Part shown: positions 37,599 through 49,041 of the stretch, piece after piece
Numbering within the stretch: position 1 is the first letter of the stretch
Layout: the number at the start of each line of letters is the position of its first letter
Source of the DNA: Candidatus Kaftiobacterium secundum
GTDB taxonomy: Bacteria > Sysuimicrobiota > Sysuimicrobiia > Sysuimicrobiales > Kaftiobacteriaceae
NCBI GenBank assembly: GCA_031459765.1
Contig: JAVKHY010000005.1
Location: 4,577 to 68,576 of the forward strand
Reading direction: 5' to 3'
DNA length: 64,000 bases
Position numbers and translations under genes: made by a program
Notes under the pieces: model-generated
Seen by the model: the letters and a program-made list of their open reading frames with translations, nothing else
Databases searched by the model: none
Told to the model about the DNA's origin: nothing

Positions 37599-39311
37599 AT
37601 GCCCGCCTACGCTTTCGACGAGGCCGCGGCGCAGGTGACATCGGGCGTCCGCGAGGCGCTGGGCGAGTCCGTGGACGTCCCCGTGGTTCTACCGCCGGCC
37701 GGGGTAGAGGCGGACCTGGCCGTGCCCTGTTTCAGCCTGGCCTCGACGCTCCGGCGGTCGCCCGAGGAGATCGCCCGACACCTGGCCGAGCGCATCCCCC
37801 CCGGGGGCCTGCTGGAGTCTCTGCAGGGGGAACGCGGCTATCTGAACGTCCGGCTGAAGCGCACCGCCTTCGGCCGGAGGGTCCTGGAGGAGATCGCCCG
37901 TCTGGGGGAGCGCTACGGCAGCGGGACGGAAGGCGAAGGCCAGACCGTCGTCCTGGACATCTCCTCGCCGAACGTGGCCCGTCCGATGTCGGTGGGCCAT
38001 CTCCGCTCCACGATCATCGGCGACGCGCTGCGCCGCCTCTACGCCTTCAGCGGGTATCGGGCCATCGGCGTGAATCACTACGCCGACTGGGGGACGCAGT
38101 TCGGCACGCTGCTCTATGGGATGACGCAGTGGCTGGACGGGGAGGCGTACCGCAGCGCCCCGATCCGGGAGCTGCTGCGGCTCTACGTGAAATTCGACGA
38201 CGAGGCCCGCCGCGAGCCGGGATTGCGCGAGGAGGCGCGCCGGTGGGCGCTGCGCCTGGAGCAGGGCGATCCCGAAGCCCGCCGGATGTGGGAGGAGATC
38301 GTCTCGGTCAGCCTGGCCGAGTTCGGCAAGATCTACGACCTGCTGGGGGTGACCTTTGACTCCTGGCGGGGCGAGAGCGCCTACCTGGAACTGGCCCAGG
38401 AGGTGGTCGAAGAGGCGCAGCGCAAGGGCGTGGCCGTGGAAGACCAGGGGGCTCTGATCGTCCCCCTCCAGGACGTCGGCATCGAGACGCCCCTCATCCT
38501 GCGCAGCCGCGACGGCCGCACCCTGTACCCGACGCGGGACGTCGCCGCGGCCGTCTACCGCATCAGGACCTACCGGCCCAGCCGGCTAATCTACGTCGTC
38601 GGGGCGGACCAGCGCCTGCACTTCCGCCAGTTGTTCGCCACGCTGCGGAAGCTCGGGTACACGGGCGTGGACTTCGTCCACGTCGACTTCGGGCTGATCA
38701 CCCTGCCCGAGGGGCGCATGAGTACGCGTCGCGGGCGCGTGGTCTTCCTGGAAGATGTCCTCCAGGAAGCCATCGCCCGCGCCCGCGCGCTGGTCGAGAA
38801 GAACCCGGAGCTCTCCGATGCGGAAAAGGACGAAGTGGCCCGCATCGTCGGCGTGGGGGCCATCAAGTACGCCGACCTCTCCCAGAACCGGGTGAAGAAC
38901 ATCGTCTTCCAGTGGGAGCGGATGCTGTCGCTGGAGGGCGACAGCGCCCCCTATCTGCAGTACACCTATGTGCGCGCCCAGGGGATCAGGCGCCGCGGCG
39001 AGGCTCCGCCCCCGCCCGGCGGGATCGACGGCCGGGCCCTGGAGACGGCCGAAGAGTGGACGCTGGTCAAGCAGCTGAGCCGGTTCCCCGTCGCCGTGCG
39101 CGAGGCGACCCACAGCCACGCCCCGCACCTGCTGGCGAACTGCCTCTTCGCCCTGGCCCAGGTGTTCCACGCCTTCTACCACCAGGTGCCGGTGCAGCAG
39201 GCCGGAGACGAGAGCCTGCGGGCCAGCCGGATGGCCATGGTCGAGGCCACGGCCCAGGTCATGCGGACCGGGCTCGGGCTGCTCGGGATTCGCGTGCCGG
39301 AGCGGATGTAG
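37599..39311 (+). CDS. argS: Arginine--tRNA ligase
   Basis: Class I aaRS HIGH-type motif region (PNVARPMSVGHLRST) and a C-terminal DALR anticodon-binding domain. Confidence 0.9.
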   Translation: MPAYAFDEAAAQVTSGVREALGESVDVPVVLPPAGVEADLAVPCFSLASTLRRSPEEIARHLAERIPPGGLLESLQGERGYLNVRLKRTAFGRRVLEEIARLGERYGSGTEGEGQTVVLDISSPNVARPMSVGHLRSTIIGDALRRLYAFSGYRAIGVNHYADWGTQFGTLLYGMTQWLDGEAYRSAPIRELLRLYVKFDDEARREPGLREEARRWALRLEQGDPEARRMWEEIVSVSLAEFGKIYDLLGVTFDSWRGESAYLELAQEVVEEAQRKGVAVEDQGALIVPLQDVGIETPLILRSRDGRTLYPTRDVAAAVYRIRTYRPSRLIYVVGADQRLHFRQLFATLRKLGYTGVDFVHVDFGLITLPEGRMSTRRGRVVFLEDVLQEAIARARALVEKNPELSDAEKDEVARIVGVGAIKYADLSQNRVKNIVFQWERMLSLEGDSAPYLQYTYVRAQGIRRRGEAPPPPGGIDGRALETAEEWTLVKQLSRFPVAVREATHSHAPHLLANCLFALAQVFHAFYHQVPVQQAGDESLRASRMAMVEATAQVMRTGLGLLGIRVPERM

Positions 39312-39313
39312 GG

Positions 39314-39319
39314 TATAAT
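39314..39319 (+). promoter_or_regulatory. TATAAT -10 box upstream of the SLH-protein gene (about 165-nt leader)
   Basis: Isolated TATAAT immediately after the argS stop, giving a long 5' UTR typical of S-layer genes. Confidence 0.35.
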
Positions 39320-39484
39320 ACATCAAGCAGGGATTCCCCCGGGAGGAAGCGAAGCGACCTCCGAATTTGGCCGCACGACCGGACTGTCCAGTGGCCTGAA
39401 CGTGACGGCACCCCGACTCTCTCCCGGGGTGTTCACCATCGGTACTCGGCGCTCCCAACTGCGAGGCGGGACAAAGGAGACGGC

Positions 39485-40759
39485 ATGAGGAATCCCAAGG
39501 GGTTACGATGGATGGCGCGCGCGGTGTTGCTCCTGACCGGGGTGCTGGTCGCGGCGGCGCCGGGGTGGGGGGCCATCTTCACGGACATCCAGGGGCTGCC
39601 CATGCAGCGCGCCATCGAGCGGCTGGCGGCCAAGGGGATCTTCCGCGGGACGTCGGGGACGACGTTCAACCCGGGCGGCAGCGTCACCCGGGGGGAGTTC
39701 GCCGTGTTGATGGTGCGGGCCCTCGGGCTCGAGACCGGCGCGGCCGTCCTGCCCGCCTTCCGGGACAGCGCGGAGATCCCGCGGGATCAGCAGCCGGCGG
39801 TGGCGGCCATGGTCAACCTCGGCAGCATCTCCCCCACCGCGGAGGCCCGGGGGAAGGTCGAGCTGAAGAAGGGGGCCCTGGTCTACACCCTGAGCACCGA
39901 CAAGGCGGTGTACCAGCCGGGAGATCTCATCGAGATCACCTTCACCGTGCGCAACACGGGACCCGCCGATGTGCAGTTCGAGCACGTGAACTCCCAGCTG
40001 TACGACTTCATCATTCGGGCCGCGGACGGCACCGAGGTGGCCAAGTGGTCGCTGGGCCGGCCGTTCCTGCCCATGGACCAGCCCGTGGTCCTGGTCGCCG
40101 GCCGGCAGTTCGAGTGGAAGACGCGCTGGAAGCAGCTGGATCAGAGCGACGACCCGGTGGGGCCGGGGCGCTACGAGATCATTGCCGTGCACACGACGAA
40201 GTCCGCCCCCACCCAGCTCTCGTTGTTCTTTAACAAAGGGGTCATGGCGCCGTACCCGGACAACACCTTCCGGCCGAAGGAAGAGGTCTCCCGGCTCGAA
40301 CTGGCCACGGTCGGCGCCCGGGCCGTCGGTCTCGGCGACGCCCCGGCGGAGGCTCTGGCCGCCACGGACGCGGGGACCATTCCGGCCGCCGCCCGCGGGT
40401 CGGTGGCGGCGGCCCTGGACCGGCGCCTGGTGAGCCTGGTGGGCAACCGGGAGTTCCGGCCGGCGCAGCGGGCCACCCGGGCCGAGGTGGCGCAGGCGCT
40501 GGACGTGGTGATGACGATGCTCAACCGGTACCGATTCAGCAAGGGTATCCTGAAAGACCCGGTCTCCGGCTCCCCGGCGCAACTCACCATCGAGGACGAC
40601 CGCAAGGCCCTGCGCACCTACCGCGTGGCGCGCCACCACGCCGTCTACCGCAACGACCGGCCGGCGGAGCTGCGCGACCTGCGGCCGGGTGACACCGTGC
40701 TGTTCCTGAACATCGGCGACGTGGGCGACGTCGCCTACATCGAAGCGACGGGGCGATGA
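39485..40759 (+). CDS. SLH-domain (S-layer homology) secreted protein with BsuPI-like middle domain
   Basis: Signal peptide and an SLH motif (FTDIQGLPMQRAIERLAAKGIFRG). A second SLH-like repeat lies at the C-terminus. Confidence 0.7.
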   Translation: MRNPKGLRWMARAVLLLTGVLVAAAPGWGAIFTDIQGLPMQRAIERLAAKGIFRGTSGTTFNPGGSVTRGEFAVLMVRALGLETGAAVLPAFRDSAEIPRDQQPAVAAMVNLGSISPTAEARGKVELKKGALVYTLSTDKAVYQPGDLIEITFTVRNTGPADVQFEHVNSQLYDFIIRAADGTEVAKWSLGRPFLPMDQPVVLVAGRQFEWKTRWKQLDQSDDPVGPGRYEIIAVHTTKSAPTQLSLFFNKGVMAPYPDNTFRPKEEVSRLELATVGARAVGLGDAPAEALAATDAGTIPAAARGSVAAALDRRLVSLVGNREFRPAQRATRAEVAQALDVVMTMLNRYRFSKGILKDPVSGSPAQLTIEDDRKALRTYRVARHHAVYRNDRPAELRDLRPGDTVLFLNIGDVGDVAYIEATGR

Positions 40760-41433
40760 CGATGCAGTTCTTCCTGGACACCGGAAACCTGGACGAGATC
40801 CGCACGGCCCAGCGCTGGGGGTTGCTGGACGGCGTGACCACCAATCCCACCCTGGTGAGCAAAGAGGGGATGGATCACCGGACGCTGATCCGGGAGATCG
40901 CCGCCATCACCCCGGGCCCCATCTCCGTGGAGACCACTGCGGAGGAGGCGGAGGAGATGGTCGCCCAGGGGCGTGAGTATGCGTCCTGGGCGCCCAACGT
41001 CTACGTCAAGGTCCCCTGCACGGCGGAGGGGATCCGGGCGGCCTCGCTCCTGCGTCTCGAGGGTATCAGAGTCAATGTCACCCTGGTGTTCTCCGTGAAC
41101 CAGGCGTTGCTCGCGGCCAAAGTCGGCGCGGCGTTCGTCAGCCCCTTCGTGGGACGGATGGACGATGTCGGTCAGGACGGGATGGCCGTGGTGCGGGAGA
41201 TCGTCCAGGTCTATCGCACCCAACGCTTCGCGACGAAGGTGCTGGCGGCCAGCCTCCGTCACCCCCTGCACGTCACCGGGGCGGCGCTGGCCGGAGCGGA
41301 CATCGCCACGATGCCGTTCCGGGTTATGGAGCAGCTGTTCAGGCACCCGCTGACGGAGATCGGCCAGGAGCGTTTCCTGGCCGACTGGCGCAAGCTCCAG
41401 GCCGACCTGGAGCGCAAGAAGACCAAAGTCTAG
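40756..41433 (+). CDS. Transaldolase / fructose-6-phosphate aldolase (TalC/Fsa subfamily)
   Basis: MQFFLDTGNLDEI...TTNPTL signature of the short transaldolase family. Confidence 0.85.
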   Translation: MTMQFFLDTGNLDEIRTAQRWGLLDGVTTNPTLVSKEGMDHRTLIREIAAITPGPISVETTAEEAEEMVAQGREYASWAPNVYVKVPCTAEGIRAASLLRLEGIRVNVTLVFSVNQALLAAKVGAAFVSPFVGRMDDVGQDGMAVVREIVQVYRTQRFATKVLAASLRHPLHVTGAALAGADIATMPFRVMEQLFRHPLTEIGQERFLADWRKLQADLERKKTKV

Positions 41434-41449
41434 GAAGGGATCGGTACGC

Positions 41450-42712
41450 ATGGCGGCACTGGCAGAACTCGAAGCCAAAACGATGGATGAGCTCCAGGAC
41501 ATGGCCCGGGAGCTCAACGTCGCCAACTACCGGCGGTTCCGCAAGCAGGAGTTGATCATGCGCATCCTGCAGGCCCAGACCGAACAGTCGGGCCTCATGT
41601 TCCGCGCCGGCATCCTGGAGATCATGGCCGAGGGCTACGGCTTCCTGCGCCACGACGGCTATCTCCCGGGCCCGGAGGACATCTACGTCTCCCCCTCGCA
41701 GATCAAGCGCTTCGGCCTGCGCGTCGGCGACGAAGTCCTGGGCCAGGTGCGCCCGCCGAAGGACAATGAGAAGTACTACGCGCTGCTGCGCGTGGAGGCG
41801 GTGAACGGGCTGGATCCCGAGCAGGCCCGCAACCGGCCCGACTTCGAGCGGCTCACCCCGGTCTTCCCCTACGAGCGGATCAAGCTGGAGTCCAACGGGG
41901 ATCTCACCGTCCGCATCGTGGACCTGTTCGCGCCCATCGGCAAGGGGCAGCGGGCGATGATCGTCTCGCCGCCGAAGGCGGGCAAGACGACGCTGCTCAA
42001 GAAGATCGGTCAGGCCATCGTCAACAACTACCCGGAGATCTACCTCATGGTGCTGCTGCTCGACGAGCGGCCCGAAGAGGTCACCGATATGCGCCGCTCC
42101 GTGGAGGCCGAGGTGGTGGCCTCGACCTTCGACCGTCCCCCGGAGGAGCACATCCAGGTCGCCGACCTGGTGCTGGAGCGGGCCAAGCGCCTGGTGGAGG
42201 GCGGCCGGGATGTGGTGGTCCTGCTGGACAGCCTGACCCGCTTCTCCCGGGCCAACAACCTGGTCATCCCGCCCTCGGGGCGCACCCTCACCGGCGGGCT
42301 GGATCCGGCCTCGCTGCACCGGCCCAAGCGCTTCTTCGGCGCGGCACGGAAGATCGAGGAGGGGGGCAGCCTGACCATCGTCGCCACGGCCCTGATCGAC
42401 ACCGGCAGCCGCATGGACGACGTGATTTACGAGGAGTTCAAGGGCACCGGCAACATGGAGCTGCACCTCAACCGCAAGCTCCAGGAGCGCCGGACCTTCC
42501 CGGCCATCGACATCAAGATGAGCGGTACCCGCAGAGAAGAGCTCCTGCTGACCGAGGAGGAGCTGCGCAAGGTCTGGGTCCTCCGCAAGAGCCTGGAGCA
42601 GCTGGACACGGTGGCGATGACCGAGCTGATCCTGGACCGCCTGCGCAAGACGCCGAACAATCAGGCGTTCCTCCGCTCGATCGTGAAGAGCTCCGAAGAA
42701 GACCTTCAGTAG
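41450..42712 (+). CDS. rho: Transcription termination factor Rho
   Basis: N-terminal RNA-binding domain plus RecA-type ATPase ([16 protein letters not shown]). Confidence 0.9.
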   Translation: MAALAELEAKTMDELQDMARELNVANYRRFRKQELIMRILQAQTEQSGLMFRAGILEIMAEGYGFLRHDGYLPGPEDIYVSPSQIKRFGLRVGDEVLGQVRPPKDNEKYYALLRVEAVNGLDPEQARNRPDFERLTPVFPYERIKLESNGDLTVRIVDLFAPIGKGQRAMIVSPPKAGKTTLLKKIGQAIVNNYPEIYLMVLLLDERPEEVTDMRRSVEAEVVASTFDRPPEEHIQVADLVLERAKRLVEGGRDVVVLLDSLTRFSRANNLVIPPSGRTLTGGLDPASLHRPKRFFGAARKIEEGGSLTIVATALIDTGSRMDDVIYEEFKGTGNMELHLNRKLQERRTFPAIDIKMSGTRREELLLTEEELRKVWVLRKSLEQLDTVAMTELILDRLRKTPNNQAFLRSIVKSSEEDLQ

Positions 42713-42964
42713 GGGAACACCGCGCAAAGGTCCGAAGGCACGCGCGACGACGCGCGCGGGCGCGTCCGGAAACTCGAACAGACCTTCGCTGTCTAGGAGT
42801 TCCCTCCGGCGGGCAGGACTCCCGTACAGCGAGCCCGAAGTCCAGGCGGGGGATCGCATCCATGCAGCGGCGATTCTCCCCGCGGAGGGCCGGTACTCGG
42901 GGGTGCTCCCGGTTCGCTCCGCGCGGGCTGTCCCTTCGGGCAACTTACTCGACCAGGTGGGCGG

Positions 42965-44041
42965 ATGCAGGCAGGCGCGGCGGGCCGCTATGCGTGTGCG
43001 TTCCTCACCCTTTGTGTGCTTCTGCTTCAGCCGACCTACCCGGTGCCTTCCGGCGCGGCCTCCGGGCCCGAACCGTTCCTGGATCAGGCCCGCGCTGAGG
43101 CGCGCCTGACGCGCCTGTTGGCTCCCGTCCAGCAATTGCCGGTCACCATTTCGGTTTCTTCGATCCTCCCCACCAGTCCGCCCGTCTCCGTCACCCCCGC
43201 CCCTGAGGGCGGGCCCGAGCAGCAGGTCACCGTCACCGTGCGGGAGGGCCAGTCGTTGTGGTCCCTGGCCGAAACCTACGGGACCTCCGTCGAGGCGATC
43301 ATGGAGGCCAACGGGCTGGAGGGAACGCTGCTCCGGACGGGCCAGCGCCTGGTCATTCCGACGGGCGGAACTCTGGTGACCGCTGAGCCGGTGAAGAAGG
43401 TCCCGGCACGGAAGACCTCCGCCGCCCTCCGGCCGGGCACCCGCATCGTCACGATCCGGCTGTACCAGGGACAAACCCTCTGGGATGTGGCCCGGGCCTA
43501 CGGCACCACGGTGGAGGAGATCGCCGATCTCAACGGGCTGGACAGCCCCGATCGGGTACAGGCCGGGCAGCAGCTGCGGATTCCCGCGCGCGGCATGGTC
43601 TCCACGCCGCCGCGCCGTACCGCGCAGGCCCTGGCGGAGTCGGCCGCCTCGGTGGCTTCCTCCGCCGTGGCCCTGGCCCAGGGGTTCGTCTGGCCGGCCC
43701 GGGGACGGCTGACCTCCCGCTTCGGGTGGCGGCGCTGGCGTCACCACGACGGCATCGACATCGCCGCCCCCTACGGCGCTCCCGTGACCGCGGCGCGCGA
43801 CGGGATCGTCATCTACGCCGGCTGGTACCACGCCTACGGCAAGGCGGTGATCCTGGACCACGGCTCCGGGCTGCAGACGCTGTACGGCCACACCTCCGCG
43901 CTGCTGGTGCGCACCGGGCAGCGCGTGGAGAAGGGGCAGCTGATCGCCCGCGTCGGCTCCACCGGCCGCTCCACCGGCCCGCATCTGCACTTCGAGGTGC
44001 GGATCAACGGCCGACCGGTGAACCCCATCAAGTACCTCTGA
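42965..44041 (+). CDS. LysM-domain M23 family peptidoglycan metalloendopeptidase
   Basis: Two LysM repeats (VREGQSLWSLAETYGTSVEAIMEANGL, YQGQTLWDVARAYGTTVEEIADLNGL) and a C-terminal M23 domain (HDGIDIAAPYGAPV...GSTGRSTGPHLHFE). Confidence 0.85.
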   Translation: MQAGAAGRYACAFLTLCVLLLQPTYPVPSGAASGPEPFLDQARAEARLTRLLAPVQQLPVTISVSSILPTSPPVSVTPAPEGGPEQQVTVTVREGQSLWSLAETYGTSVEAIMEANGLEGTLLRTGQRLVIPTGGTLVTAEPVKKVPARKTSAALRPGTRIVTIRLYQGQTLWDVARAYGTTVEEIADLNGLDSPDRVQAGQQLRIPARGMVSTPPRRTAQALAESAASVASSAVALAQGFVWPARGRLTSRFGWRRWRHHDGIDIAAPYGAPVTAARDGIVIYAGWYHAYGKAVILDHGSGLQTLYGHTSALLVRTGQRVEKGQLIARVGSTGRSTGPHLHFEVRINGRPVNPIKYL

Positions 44042-44119
44042 AGGAAAGGGCGGGCGCCTGCTCAGGGTCGGTTCCGCATCAACGCCGGGGCGGCGGCGCT
44101 TTTCTTTGCCGGGGTGCCG

Positions 44120-44128
44120 TGCTATAAT
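44120..44128 (+). promoter_or_regulatory. Extended -10 promoter (TGcTATAAT) for rpmE
   Basis: TGnTATAAT is 30 nt upstream of the rpmE ATG. The RBS GAGGTGA lies at the correct spacing. Confidence 0.5.
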
Positions 44129-44158
44129 CGCCCGGACCTCTCCCGAGGTGAGCAGGCG

Positions 44159-44365
44159 ATGAAAAAGGGCATTCATCCGGCCTACTACCAGACGACGGTG
44201 ACCTGCGCGTGCGGGAACACCTTCGTCACCGGTTCGACCAAGCAGAGCATCCGCGTGGAAATCTGCTCCCGGTGCCATCCTTTCTACACCGGGCAGCGCA
44301 AGTTCATCGACGCCGAAGGCCGCGTGCAGAAGTTCGCCAGGAAGTACGGGTTAAAGGTTTCCTGA
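44159..44365 (+). CDS. rpmE: 50S ribosomal protein L31
   Basis: [10 protein letters not shown]...CxC...[10 protein letters not shown] zinc-binding L31 signature. Confidence 0.9.
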   Translation: MKKGIHPAYYQTTVTCACGNTFVTGSTKQSIRVEICSRCHPFYTGQRKFIDAEGRVQKFARKYGLKVS

Positions 44366-44377
44366 CGGTCCGGTGAC

Positions 44378-45496
44378 GTGGGACGCGCAAGGTGGGGGCG
44401 GATCGGCCGTCCCCTCTTGTGTTTCAGTGTGCTGCTCATCGTCGGTGCGGCGCCGGTTCCCGCCGCCGCGGCCGAGCCCGTCCCGGGCTGGCGCCTCCAC
44501 GCCACGGAGCACTTCCTCATCTATGTCGTGGAGGGGACGGCGGGCGCCGTCCACGTGGAGCGGGTCGCGGCGGTGCTGGAGCGCATCTACGGCGACGCCA
44601 TCGCGCCGCTGCGTCTCCCCCCGGTGCGTCTGGTCTACCCCCTCTATCCGACCGCCGAGCGCTTCCGCTCCGACTGGTGGTATTTCGCCTCTTCGGGAGA
44701 CGGGGAGACGGTCCACGCCTGGGGGACGGTGTACGCGGGCGACGACCGGGCGCTGACGCCCTACACCATCACCCGGGTCCTGATCGCCGACCGCTTCCCG
44801 AGGGCGATCCCGCTGCTGCGCTGGGGGTTGGGCGACGCCCTCGCCGATCGGGTCAGCGGTGTAAATGCCCACAGGCACCTGGCGGCGGTCCGGGCGGCCG
44901 GCCTGGCCGTGCCCCGCCTGCAGGAGCTTCTGGCGCCCGCCGACTTCGGCGACCGGCTCCCCGCCAGTTATCCCGCCGCGGTGTCCTTCGTGGCCTACCT
45001 GCTGGAGCGCTATGGGCCGGCACGGACCGCGGCGTTCGTCGACCGCGTCGCCTACCGCTACTTCGACTTTCCCGAGTTGTTTGCCCGGCACTTCGGCGAG
45101 CCATTGAGCGAGGTGGAGCGGGCCTGGGAGGCGAAGGTGACCGGGGCCGCCCCCCTCCGCCCGATCGAGGGATCCGACTATGTGGCCGCGGCAAGGTTCG
45201 TCTACCGGATCCTGCTCGCCGCCAGTCCGGCGCGGCGCATGCTTCTCTCCGAGGGACCGGTTGTGGTGGCGGCGGCGCTGGCCGCCGCCGAGCCGCTGCG
45301 CCGCCTCGACCTGGAGGTGGTCCGGGACCATATGGAGACCGCGCGCCGCGCCACCGACCAGGCCCAGCGTGAGGCCCGGCAGACCGAGTGGGGGCTACGG
45401 GGGGGCGTCATCGTGCTGGTGCTGACGCCGATCCTCATCGCCGTCGGCTGGCTGGTGTGGCCGGCGATTCGAGGACGGCTGGCCTCCCGGGGGTGA
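44378..45496 (+). CDS. Hypothetical exported/membrane-anchored protein
   Basis: N-terminal signal-like hydrophobic segment and a C-terminal TM helix ([20 protein letters not shown]). No recognisable catalytic motif. Confidence 0.5.
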   Translation: MGRARWGRIGRPLLCFSVLLIVGAAPVPAAAAEPVPGWRLHATEHFLIYVVEGTAGAVHVERVAAVLERIYGDAIAPLRLPPVRLVYPLYPTAERFRSDWWYFASSGDGETVHAWGTVYAGDDRALTPYTITRVLIADRFPRAIPLLRWGLGDALADRVSGVNAHRHLAAVRAAGLAVPRLQELLAPADFGDRLPASYPAAVSFVAYLLERYGPARTAAFVDRVAYRYFDFPELFARHFGEPLSEVERAWEAKVTGAAPLRPIEGSDYVAAARFVYRILLAASPARRMLLSEGPVVVAAALAAAEPLRRLDLEVVRDHMETARRATDQAQREARQTEWGLRGGVIVLVLTPILIAVGWLVWPAIRGRLASRG

Positions 45497-45501
45497 GGGC
45501 C

Positions 45502-46119
45502 GTGGATGAACGGCGGGGCCGGATCGAGGTCATCTGCGGCAGCATGTTCAGCGGGAAGAGCGAAGAGTTGATCCGCCGGGTTCGTCGGGCGATGATCGCC
45601 CGCCAGCGGGTGCAGGTCTACAAGCCCGCCCTCGACGACCGCTACGGCCGGCGGCAGGTGGCCTCGCACGACGGCGCCCGGGTGGAGGCGGTGGCGGTGG
45701 CCGACAGCACGGAGATCCTGGCGCACCTCGAGCCGGATGTCACCGTGGTGGCGATCGACGAGGCGCAGTTCCTGGACCGGGGGATCGTCGACGTGACGCA
45801 GGAGCTCGCCGACCGCGGGATCCGCGTCATCGTCGCCGGGCTGGACCTCGACTTCCGCGGCGAACCCTTCGGGGCGATGCCGGAGCTGTTGGCCCGAGCC
45901 GAGCAGGTGGACAAGCTGCAGGCGATCTGCATGGTCTGCGGGGCGCCGGCCAGCCGCACCCAGCGGCTGGTCGACGGCCGGCCGGCGCAGTATACGGATC
46001 CCGTCATCCTCATCGGCGCCCAGGAGTCCTACGAGGCCCGCTGCCGCGAGCATCACCTCGTGCCGGGAAGGCCGGAGCCGGAGGGGAGGTCCGCGGAGCC
46101 CGGCCGCCGGGCGCGGTAG
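45502..46119 (+). CDS. tdk: Thymidine kinase
   Basis: P-loop [12 protein letters not shown] and a C-terminal zinc ribbon ([13 protein letters not shown]). GTG start at 45502. Confidence 0.85.
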   Translation: MDERRGRIEVICGSMFSGKSEELIRRVRRAMIARQRVQVYKPALDDRYGRRQVASHDGARVEAVAVADSTEILAHLEPDVTVVAIDEAQFLDRGIVDVTQELADRGIRVIVAGLDLDFRGEPFGAMPELLARAEQVDKLQAICMVCGAPASRTQRLVDGRPAQYTDPVILIGAQESYEARCREHHLVPGRPEPEGRSAEPGRRAR

Positions 46120-46125
46120 GCGGCC

Positions 46126-47013
46126 ATGGCGGAGTCCGCGATCCTCATCGGCGGACAGGCCGTCATCGAGGGGGTGATGATGCGCTCCCCGCGGTGGACC
46201 TCCACCGCCGTGCGGTTGCCTCACGGGGAGATCACGGCGTTCACCGAACCGGTGCACTCGCTCCTGCTGCGCCACCGGGTCCTCCGGGCCCCGGTGCTCC
46301 GCGGCGTGATCGTCCTCTACGAGGCGCTGCGGCTGGGGGTTCGGGCGCTGTTCTGGTCGGCCAACGCCGCCCTGGGCACCGAAGAGGCGATGACCCCGCG
46401 GCAGGCCCTGCTGGCCATCGTCACGGGGTTGGGCCTGGCGATCGGTCTGTTCTTCCTCCTGCCGGCGGCGATCGGCCGCGCCCTGGATCCTTACCTGGGC
46501 AGCGTCTACACCCTGAACCTCGCCGAGGGCGCCGTCCGCGTCGCCGTGCTCGTCACCTACATCGCCGCGATCGGCCGGCTGCCCGACATCCGCCGTATCT
46601 TTGCCTACCACGGCGCCGAGCACAAGGCGGTGAACGCCTATGAGGCCGGCGCGGCCCTGGACGTCGCCTCCGTCCGCGCCTGCAGCCGGTTCCACCCCCG
46701 TTGCGGAACGAGTTTTCTGCTCATCGTCATGATCGTGGCCGTGATCGTCTTTTCCTTCCTGGGCCGGCCCCCGCTGCTGCTGCGCCTCCTGAGCCGCGTC
46801 GCCTTCATCCCGCTCGTGGCCGGCGTGAGTTACGAGATCATCCGTGCCGGCGCGCGCTCCCGCTGGGTCCGGCCGCTCGTGCTGCCGGGCCTCTGGCTGC
46901 AGCGGCTGACGACGCGCGAGCCGGACGACGACGAAATCGAGGTGGCCGTCCGCGCCCTGCGCGAAGTCGTTGACCGGGAACAGGCGACGCGGGCCGCCCC
47001 GCCCGTGCTTTGA
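46126..47013 (+). CDS. DUF1385 (YqhQ-like) membrane protein
   Basis: N-terminal IGGQAVIEGVMMRSP motif and multiple TM helices. It sits at the conserved tdk-prfA position. Confidence 0.7.
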   Translation: MAESAILIGGQAVIEGVMMRSPRWTSTAVRLPHGEITAFTEPVHSLLLRHRVLRAPVLRGVIVLYEALRLGVRALFWSANAALGTEEAMTPRQALLAIVTGLGLAIGLFFLLPAAIGRALDPYLGSVYTLNLAEGAVRVAVLVTYIAAIGRLPDIRRIFAYHGAEHKAVNAYEAGAALDVASVRACSRFHPRCGTSFLLIVMIVAVIVFSFLGRPPLLLRLLSRVAFIPLVAGVSYEIIRAGARSRWVRPLVLPGLWLQRLTTREPDDDEIEVAVRALREVVDREQATRAAPPVL

Positions 47014-47020
47014 GCCTTCT

Positions 47021-47026
47021 ATAATA
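47021..47026 (+). promoter_or_regulatory. TATAAT -10 box 8 nt upstream of the prfA ATG (candidate leaderless promoter)
   Basis: Isolated TATAAT in GC-rich context. The ATG at 47035 falls at the predicted TSS. Confidence 0.35.
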
Positions 47027-47034
47027 GGACTGCG

Positions 47035-48122
<1,088 letters not shown>

Positions 48123-48126
<4 letters not shown>

Positions 48127-49031
48127 CCGCAGCGGTGACGATCAGAGAGGCCTTCCTGTACGGCCGGAGGCATCTGGAGGGCCTGGGCGCGGCGGAACCG
48201 GCGCTGGAGGCCGAGGTGCTGCTGCGCTTCCTCCTGGGCTGGGACCGCGCAGGACTGTACGCCCGCTGGGACGAGCCCGTGCCCGAGGAGGTGTTCGCCC
48301 GTTACGGCGCGTTGCTCCGGGAGCGGGCGCGGCACCGGCCCCTGCACTACATCGTGGGCGAGCGGGAGTTCATGGGCCTGCGCTTCGCCGTCGATGAGCG
48401 CGTCCTGATCCCCCGGCCGGAGACCGAAGTCCTGGTGGAGTACGTGGCGCAGTGGGTGCGCGAACAGCACGCGGCCAGTGTGGCCGACATCGGCACCGGC
48501 AGCGGCGCCATCGCCATCAGTCTGGCGCACCTGGTGCCGGAGATCCTCGTCTTTGCCACCGATATCTCGCCCGAGGCGCTGGCGGTCGCGCGCGCCAACG
48601 CAGAGCGGCACGGCGTCGCCCCGCGCGTCCACTTCCGCGCAGGCGATCTCTTCCAGGCGCTGCCGGCTCTATGGCGCGGGCGGCTCGATGTCGTGGTCAG
48701 CAACCCGCCCTACGTCCCGCAGGACCAGGCCTTTCTCCTCGCCCCGGAGATCCGTGAGTTCGAGCCTCGTCAGGCGATCTTCGTGCCGGGGGACGGGAGC
48801 CTGCTGCATCGGCGACTGATCGCCGATGCCGCGACATGGCTGCGGCCGGGCGGCCTGCTGGCGATGGAGGTCGGAGCCGGCCAGGCCGACGCCGTCGCTG
48901 GCGCGATTGAGCAGGACGGCCGCTACGGCGATGTGCTCCGGCTGCCGGACGGCGTGGGGATCGAGCGGGCTGTCGCCGCCCGCCGGCGCCACCGTGCGGC
49001 GGAGGGAGACCTCCGGAGCGGGCGAAAGTAA
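48123..49031 (+). CDS. prmC: Release factor glutamine N5-methyltransferase PrmC/HemK
   Basis: SAM motif [11 protein letters not shown] and catalytic NPPY (VVSNPPYVP). It overlaps the prfA stop. Confidence 0.85.
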
Positions 49032-49041
49032 GTAGCCGACG

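Noticed and set aside
41339-44278. 979-aa minus-strand ORF covering rho and the LysM-M23 gene
   Set aside because: It is an antisense artefact of high GC. rho and the M23 peptidase on the plus strand are strongly supported.
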